From contig SCTJ01000052.1 of NCBI GenBank assembly GCA_004297805.1, forward strand, positions 1 to 48,375: 48,375 nt of DNA. The letters run 5' to 3'. Under the pieces are notes generated by a model that saw nothing but the letters and a program-made list of their open reading frames with translations, did not search any database and was not told the origin of the DNA. This document shows, one piece after another, positions 43,691 through 48,375 of this stretch (the first letter of the stretch is position 1; every line of letters starts with the position of its first letter). The stretch is from Patescibacteria group bacterium. GTDB taxonomy: Bacteria > Patescibacteriota > Minisyncoccia > Moranbacterales > SCTJ01. The position numbers and the translations under genes are program-made.

Positions 43691-44380
43691 ATGTATATGA
43701 CTGAAAAAACCTTTGTAAACAAATTGGAGAGCATTTTGGTTAAAGAAGGTTACTTCTCAAAGAGAGAAATTGGTGTGGGATACGGCATAGCCGATTTAGT
43801 TATAGTGAAGCAAAATTCTTTCAATATAGACAATTGTAAAAAAAGGAGGGGCTACGGTCAATTTTCCAAACTACTAAGTGAGGAATATTTTAAGGTACTT
43901 GAACAATTGCCCGATTTTGAAAAAAAAGTGAGCAAGGTTGATTTAAATTTTTTGATTGAGAAAACCAGCTTATCAAAAAATTATCTCAAATACACTATCC
44001 TAAAAGACCTGCAAAAAAAACGCTTCATAAAAGTGACCAGCGAAGGAACTTATTTTAAGGTTAACGGATGGGTGCCAATCGTTAAGGAGGTAATTGCGAT
44101 TGAGGCAAAACTGAAAGACTGGAAAAGAGGATTTATTCAAGCGAATCGGTATAAAGCGTTTGCGGATAAGGCTTATTTGGCAATCCCTAAAGAAGCGGAG
44201 CATCTGGTTAATAAGGAATTGCTTAAAAAACACGGTATTGGCCTCATAGTGCTTGATACAGCATCAAACATGAAAAAAATTACTTTACCCGCAAAAAAAG
44301 AAAAGCCTCTCAACTTGTGTAAGAGGAATTTCGCGATAGAACACTTTTGGTGCAATAAATACTTAAAACAAGTTGCCTGA
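43691..44380 (+). CDS. PD-(D/E)xK nuclease-fold protein with inserted wHTH-like segment
   Basis: GIADLVIV (D) and VIAIEAKLKDW (ExK) followed by QANRY. The roughly 100-aa insert looks like a winged helix. Confidence 0.55.
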   Translation: MYMTEKTFVNKLESILVKEGYFSKREIGVGYGIADLVIVKQNSFNIDNCKKRRGYGQFSKLLSEEYFKVLEQLPDFEKKVSKVDLNFLIEKTSLSKNYLKYTILKDLQKKRFIKVTSEGTYFKVNGWVPIVKEVIAIEAKLKDWKRGFIQANRYKAFADKAYLAIPKEAEHLVNKELLKKHGIGLIVLDTASNMKKITLPAKKEKPLNLCKRNFAIEHFWCNKYLKQVA

Positions 44381-44827
44381 GCTTATCTTGGAGAAGCTAT
44401 CCAAAAACTTAGACGGTTCGACAACCCTAATATCTTCAAACTTCTTCACTTCCAGAACAGCCTTGTCGCCTGTTATGATTATTTTCGCCCCGCATGATTT
44501 GGCTATCTTAAAATAACAATCGTCGTCGGGGTCTTTTTTTACCACGTTCACATTTTCAAGAATCCCTTTCGTATCCATGATATTAACAATCGCTTTGTAA
44601 TCCAAAATTATTTTTTCTGGCGTAAATATCTGTTTTTTCCAATATTTTGAAAATTTTGGCATCATGACTTTTTCACAAAACTCATCGTAAGTTTCCTTGC
44701 TACCATACATAACAACCTTCTTCGCCAGTGCCAAGTTTAATATTTGCCTCGTTCTTGATTGGGAATGACTCAGCATTCCAGATAGCAATAAGTTTGCGTC
44801 AGGTACAATTTTTATCATCGTCTTCAT
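44363..44827 (-). CDS. PIN domain nuclease (PIN_3 / TIGR00305-like toxin family)
   Basis: IVPDANLLLSGML, YDEF, KKDPDDDCYFKIAKSCGAKIIITGDKAVL give the acidic quartet pattern. Its ATG overlaps the upstream stop as ATGA. Confidence 0.8.
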   Translation of the reverse strand: MKTMIKIVPDANLLLSGMLSHSQSRTRQILNLALAKKVVMYGSKETYDEFCEKVMMPKFSKYWKKQIFTPEKIILDYKAIVNIMDTKGILENVNVVKKDPDDDCYFKIAKSCGAKIIITGDKAVLEVKKFEDIRVVEPSKFLDSFSKISSGNLF

Positions 44828-45999
44828 TTTTCTAAATCTTGAAGTAGCTTGTCCAATTCATCGTCATCCTTTTCATAGCTCCAATTTTTCGCCAATTGCA
44901 ATACGTTCAACCAACGTTTGAGATGAATGGTTTTCAGGTCAATTGCGAATTTCCTATTGTAAGTCTCAGCCAGTTTAATAGCCTTCGTAAGTTTTTCTTC
45001 CATCAGTGCTATTTTTTGCGGTCTATCAAGTTTACTGAGCGCATCCATAATTTCCATTTTACGGTGAACGAAATGCTGTTTTTTAGCTTGCTCACCTACT
45101 GGAAACGAACCCTGACAGGCAGCACAACTACACTTATAACCTATCTTTTTTACTATTTCATCATTAACCTTGTCGAAAACCTCTGGGATATACGTTTTTT
45201 TAACCTTGTTTGACCATCCCTGAGGGCTTTTCTCTAAATTTTTAACTACCAACGACTCTCCATCGCCTAATCCGCTAGAAAAACCAGTCAACCCTATTGA
45301 ACTAATAATCTCTCCGAAGGGCCCAATTCGCTGAATGATGACGTTTTTTCCTTCGGAAAGCTGAAACGACATGTATGCCAGCCCGCCCAGCGTATCTTCT
45401 GTAGCATTCTTGCAGTCCAGTTCATCAAATGATATGAAGTATCCTCCTATCTTGTCAGAAAAATCATCCCTGTAGCGGTCTACAATATAATTAACTATGC
45501 TTGGCCTGCACAAAACGTTATTCCCAATCTGTATTTTCACAAAGATAGGCTTATCAATACCTTTTTCTTCAACATATCTTATTGTTTCAGCAATCATGGA
45601 AATATTAATTCCGAATTTAATATCATCCGTATCCATTGCGAAGAAATACGGAGCTATTATGATATCAGCTCCCATCTTAACCTGATTGTCCACTGCTGGA
45701 ATGATTACGTTTTCTCTTCTGAAACTAGAATCACTGTATATTTTTTCAGGTTGAACATCAGCCGGATATGATAGCTTCTTGAAATTTTCCTTTCCCTTCG
45801 CCTCATTAAACAGCATGCAGTGCGTTGACGGGTCAACAATAAATACGCCTGCTGACTCTTTGACTTTTTTTGCAGCCTTCGGCCTCCATATAACATGAGA
45901 GGCATCCATCAAAACTGCTGGAAAAGAAAAACCAGCCTCAAAAATTTTTTGGTCTTGAAGTTTAGGAATAAATATTGGTTCTTTCTCAAATATAGCCAT
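44824..45999 (-). CDS. Hypothetical enzyme with TGT/DpdA-like CxCxxC...H zinc motif
   Basis: 391 aa from the ATG at 45997-45999. CSCAAC is encoded at 45115-45132, followed by HFVH 14-17 residues later. The motif sits in the C-terminal quarter, as in tRNA-guanine transglycosylase superfamily proteins. Alternating strand/helix pattern upstream. Confidence 0.4.
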   Translation of the reverse strand: MAIFEKEPIFIPKLQDQKIFEAGFSFPAVLMDASHVIWRPKAAKKVKESAGVFIVDPSTHCMLFNEAKGKENFKKLSYPADVQPEKIYSDSSFRRENVIIPAVDNQVKMGADIIIAPYFFAMDTDDIKFGINISMIAETIRYVEEKGIDKPIFVKIQIGNNVLCRPSIVNYIVDRYRDDFSDKIGGYFISFDELDCKNATEDTLGGLAYMSFQLSEGKNVIIQRIGPFGEIISSIGLTGFSSGLGDGESLVVKNLEKSPQGWSNKVKKTYIPEVFDKVNDEIVKKIGYKCSCAACQGSFPVGEQAKKQHFVHRKMEIMDALSKLDRPQKIALMEEKLTKAIKLAETYNRKFAIDLKTIHLKRWLNVLQLAKNWSYEKDDDELDKLLQDLEK

Positions 46000-46106
46000 T
46001 TTTTTATTTGGGTTTCTATTATATGGGAAAAAATAAGTCAACAAGTATATTGAGTCTATCACTAATGATAGTTGCTGTAAATGGAGCGGAGCGGAGTAAA
46101 CCACGC

Positions 46107-46560
46107 AAAAAACGCCCTTGTGAGGCGTCCCTGCGTATGCTCAAGCAAAAGTAATAAGTATCACAACCTATTGCGATTCCCCAATCCCTTGCGAGATTAG
46201 GGCCGTTAGCCCTCGCTAACGGAGTCCTTAAGAGTCTATCCGTACCCTTGTACAAAAGGTACTAGCAGTATTCGCACTGCTGGACTAGCTGTTGCCTACC
46301 GAAGTAGGTTCGACCAGCGGATAACTACCAATGCTCTCCATTATGCCCTATGAGGGGCGTAACTTCTACTAGAGTGCATTTCTCGGTAGCTATCAATTTC
46401 TCCCTAGAAAGGAGGTGATTCGTGGGAAGAATCAGAGAAATGCTTTTGTAAAAGTCCGAGTAGTGTCATTTTACTCCCTAGAAATACTGCAAAGGTGGGA
46501 GTTATAGACAAAATAAAGAGGCAGATTGCTCCACCTCTAGTTAGAACCGTGTCCCTTAGA
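46107..46560 (-). ncRNA. Candidate structured RNA of unknown class (about 450 nt)
   Basis: ORF-poor and GC-richer than the flanks. The minus-strand orientation gives CCTAC-UUCG-GUAGG, a 10-bp stem capped by GCAA, and CCGTTAGC-gagg-GCTAACGG. It also gives a 9-bp long-range pair GCATTTCTC/GAGAAATGC and a terminal hairpin plus T6 (46107-46128). Confidence 0.45.
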
Positions 46561-46728
46561 TTACCCTATCTTTGAAGCCAATGCTTTGGCACTCTCAGCA
46601 AGAGCGTTATACTCAGCCTTGTATTCTGCTGGGATTTCTCCCTTCTGAAAACCGAAACAAACTCCACCTTCAAGCATTACGCTTATGCCCAGACACTCCT
46701 TGTTTTTGTGCTCTTCAGTTATTTTCAC
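46561..46728 (-). CDS. Small hypothetical protein (55 aa from GTG)
   Basis: GTG at 46726-46728 lies 6 nt after AAGGAG. Sequence KITEEHKNKECLGISVMLEGGVCFGFQKGE... No family recognised. Confidence 0.4.
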   Translation of the reverse strand: MKITEEHKNKECLGISVMLEGGVCFGFQKGEIPAEYKAEYNALAESAKALASKIG

Positions 46729-46758
46729 GACTCGCTCCTTTCCTTTTGACAACCGTTT

Positions 46759-47043
46759 TTATAGAAAGCCCCCTGCTCTTGCAATTCCAACCAGACCCAC
46801 AAGAATCCAGAAAGTGTTTAGCAGAGAGTAAGCCTTATCCTGTTTCAGGATTGAACACCAAGACAACAGCACTGCGTCAGTTGTGTTGAATATCCACACA
46901 AACATAAACGGACTATGTGGACCTAACCAGCTCACCAGCGAAAAACTGAATATCCGCATAGTGACTCCTACCATTTCCAGAATTTTGATGTGCTTGAGGA
47001 TAAACGCATTTGATGCCTTTACAATATGCCTGATTCTGCTCAT
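46759..47043 (-). CDS. Small 3-TM membrane protein
   Basis: 94 aa. ATG preceded by AAGGGGGAATA SD. Three hydrophobic helices. Confidence 0.55.
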   Translation of the reverse strand: MSRIRHIVKASNAFILKHIKILEMVGVTMRIFSFSLVSWLGPHSPFMFVWIFNTTDAVLLSWCSILKQDKAYSLLNTFWILVGLVGIARAGGFL

Positions 47044-47149
47044 TATTCCCCCTTGGTTGATTTCTGTTGAAAGTGCTGACTGATATAAAATTAGCTTATA
47101 AACTCAGAAATGACAAGTTAAGTTATTCGTGGAATCAGAGTTTAATCAC

Positions 47150-47174
47150 AAAAAGCACCCTGATATGGGTGCTT
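47150..47174 (-). terminator. Intrinsic terminator of small peptide B gene
   Basis: Minus strand reads AAGCACCC-atatca-GGGTGCTT followed by TTTGTG. Confidence 0.7.
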
Positions 47175-47211
47175 CCTGACTAACATCGAACAAGTTTATT
47201 ATTTGTTCAAA

Positions 47212-47487
47212 TTAATTGCTTTGTCTGTTTCCACAAACACCGCTATTATTCAATCCTGTCTGATAGCCGTTAGCTCCTCCAGCCATATTCAAATCTTTTC
47301 CTAAGTATCCAAACGCTCCTGAAGCTGCACCTGAGCCACATTGCGCTCCAACTTCTGTTGCTTGCTGACGACCAAGATTATCCAAATATCGGTCAATTCC
47401 AGGAGTAGAGTTTCCAGCTGCAAAAGCAGTCAGAGAGAATGCCATAACCCCCATAGTAGCCAACGTTGCTGTTATGATTTTTTTCAT
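47212..47487 (-). CDS. Small secreted two-Cys peptide, family member B
   Basis: Signal peptide MKKIITATLATMGVMAFSLTAFAA. The mature part is about 67 aa, Gly-rich, with 2 Cys. Promoter and 5-prime UTR are conserved with member A. Confidence 0.7.
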   Translation of the reverse strand: MKKIITATLATMGVMAFSLTAFAAGNSTPGIDRYLDNLGRQQATEVGAQCGSGAASGAFGYLGKDLNMAGGANGYQTGLNNSGVCGNRQSN

Positions 47488-47594
47488 AGTTTTTTTGAAG
47501 ATTAAATAATTATTTTGGTATGTCGACCTCACACCATTTCAGATTCCAATACCTCTATTATACACCTTCTCAATCAAAGCCACGAACCCATCTG

Positions 47595-47603
47595 TGCTAT
47601 AAT
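47595..47603 (+). promoter_or_regulatory. Perfect extended -10 (TGCTATAAT) on plus strand
   Basis: It has no downstream plus-strand CDS. It is back to back with the peptide B promoter. Confidence 0.55.
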
Positions 47604-47609
47604 ATATCT

Positions 47610-47792
47610 GGAATAGTGAGAGTTGGTGTTTTTCAGTCTTTGACTGGAAACAGTGCTGTGTAATAAGTCCGCCATCCGCCTTGTGCGGTGGATTTGTCCG
47701 AAAGGACGAAAGGTGCGGTTAAAAGCGTCATTGGTTTACGGATGCACCAAGAGTGCTATTCCAACAAAGGACTTCCCTCGTGGGAGTTTTTT
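47610..47792 (+). ncRNA. Candidate sRNA (about 180 nt) between promoter and terminator
   Basis: The predicted 5-prime GGAATAG..TTGGTG pairs with the 3-prime CACCAA..CTATTCC. Internal hairpins include GTCC-GAAA-GGAC. The RNA ends with CTTCCC-tcgt-GGGAG plus T6 (47772-47792). Confidence 0.4.
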
Positions 47793-47806
47793 GTTTTATC
47801 TCAGGT

Positions 47807-48373
47807 CTATCCGAAATAATTTTCCACCGCAAATTCAAACTGTTTCAAAAACAGCTCCTTAAAATACGAGATATTGTTTTGCTCGTAAAACAACAGCATC
47901 GCCTTTTTGTATTCGCCTTCGTCCATACTGCGGTAAGAAAGAGGGCAGGAATCAAAAGATTGCAAAATGGCATTACCACCCAATCGACTGGTTCTTTTAT
48001 TGCCATCTACGAATGGTTGAATATAAGCAATGAGTAGCATTAAAATAATAGATTTTTCAAAAACATCATTAGTTTCGTTTACCAGTTTGCAAGTTTTTTC
48101 TAAGGCTTCTTTTATTTGAAACTCATTGTCCAATGGCTTGTAGTTTGTGCCAGTTATTCCAACAAGCGTTTTTCTCAAGTTTTTTGTCACGTTCAAACCA
48201 TCCACCAGCAAGGAATGGATATTTTCTATCTTGGCAACGGATATAGATTGAAATTCATTTTTATTGCTACCAATATATTCCAATGTTTTCTTATGGTTGA
48301 GAATCATAGTCGCCTCTTCCTTGGTATGCCCTGATGCTTCTTGTTGGTTTTTAATCAATTGCTCTGTCTCCAA
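47807..48373 (-). CDS. Fic/Doc family protein, 5-prime partial at window edge, non-canonical motif
   Basis: The motif IQPFVDGNKRTSR (47984-48019) corresponds to HxFx(D/E)GN(G/K)R with Gln in place of the catalytic His. The ORF runs off the window. Confidence 0.65.
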   Translation of the reverse strand: METEQLIKNQQEASGHTKEEATMILNHKKTLEYIGSNKNEFQSISVAKIENIHSLLVDGLNVTKNLRKTLVGITGTNYKPLDNEFQIKEALEKTCKLVNETNDVFEKSIILMLLIAYIQPFVDGNKRTSRLGGNAILQSFDSCPLSYRSMDEGEYKKAMLLFYEQNNISYFKELFLKQFEFAVENYFG

Positions 48374-48375
48374 AA

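Noticed and set aside
46019-46255. 78-aa minus-strand ORF.
   Set aside because: It crosses the terminator and the promoter of the TGT-like gene and lies in the structured RNA candidate. It has no SD and an implausible composition.
46107-46560. Tested whether the region is RNase P RNA, tmRNA, SRP RNA, a T-box, a preQ1 riboswitch or a group II intron remnant.
   Set aside because: None of the expected signatures is present in a consistent arrangement on either strand:
- No GAGGAAAGUCC P4 strand (only AAAGUCCGAG on the plus strand, without the rest).
- No tRNA-like 3-prime end with a T-arm.
- No GGAAGCAGCC SRP motif.
- No GGGUGGNACCGCG.
- No GUGYG or domain V.

It is therefore left as unknown class.
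47610-47792. Considered SRP (4.5S) RNA because of GUCC-GAAA-GGA.
   Set aside because: The universally conserved flanks (GGUCAGGUCC ... GGAAGCAGCC, the symmetric and asymmetric loops) are absent. Only the tetraloop hairpin resembles SRP RNA.
47653-48037. Plus-strand ORFs 47653-47862 and 47753-48037.
   Set aside because: The first overlaps the sRNA candidate and its terminator. The second is antisense to the Fic/Doc-like gene. Neither has a start context or a recognisable motif.

Overview
This is a 48,375-nt, gene-dense fragment with about 55 protein genes and short spacers. Strand bias is extreme: everything is on the minus strand except 38945-39812 and 43691-44380.

The content is housekeeping typical of a small-genome bacterium:
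- rplU, secA, secG, hpf, trmD, and glyQS behind a T-box leader.
- A partial cell-wall/division block (murB, murC, murG, ftsW) interrupted by a P-type ATPase.
- Two ECF sigma factors, an ABC-2 type exporter, and an AmmeMemoRadiSam-type trio.
- Many small hydrolases (2 NUDIX, GNAT, SGNH, EEP, HD) and many orphan secreted or membrane proteins.

The style (extended -10 TGnTATAAT-like promoters, several apparently leaderless starts, orphan secreted proteins) fits a CPR/Patescibacteria-like organism, but that is inference only. I saw no rRNA, tRNA, CRISPR array, transposase or integrase.

Most notable observations:
1. A low-GC island (about 43.6 kb to the window end) holds a TGT/DpdA-like CxCxxC protein translationally coupled to a PIN nuclease. 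It is convergent with a PD-(D/E)xK nuclease and lies next to a roughly 450-nt ORF-free, hairpin-rich RNA candidate. The island also carries a promoter-to-terminator sRNA candidate and a Fic/Doc-like gene with a Q-for-H motif.
2. A composite roughly 300-bp intergenic module is present twice (19653-19958 and 28556-28852). Each copy starts right after a stop codon and precedes one of two paralogous leaderless genes.
3. A second mosaic promoter module carries ACGT cores phased at exactly 12 nt. It lies upstream of the methyltransferase and phosphoribosyltransferase genes.
4. Two paralogous small secreted two-Cys peptides share a signal peptide and a 5-prime UTR.
5. An in-frame 33-bp tandem repeat sits inside the AMMECR1 gene.
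6. A strongly GC-rich orphan gene lies at 1130-2107.
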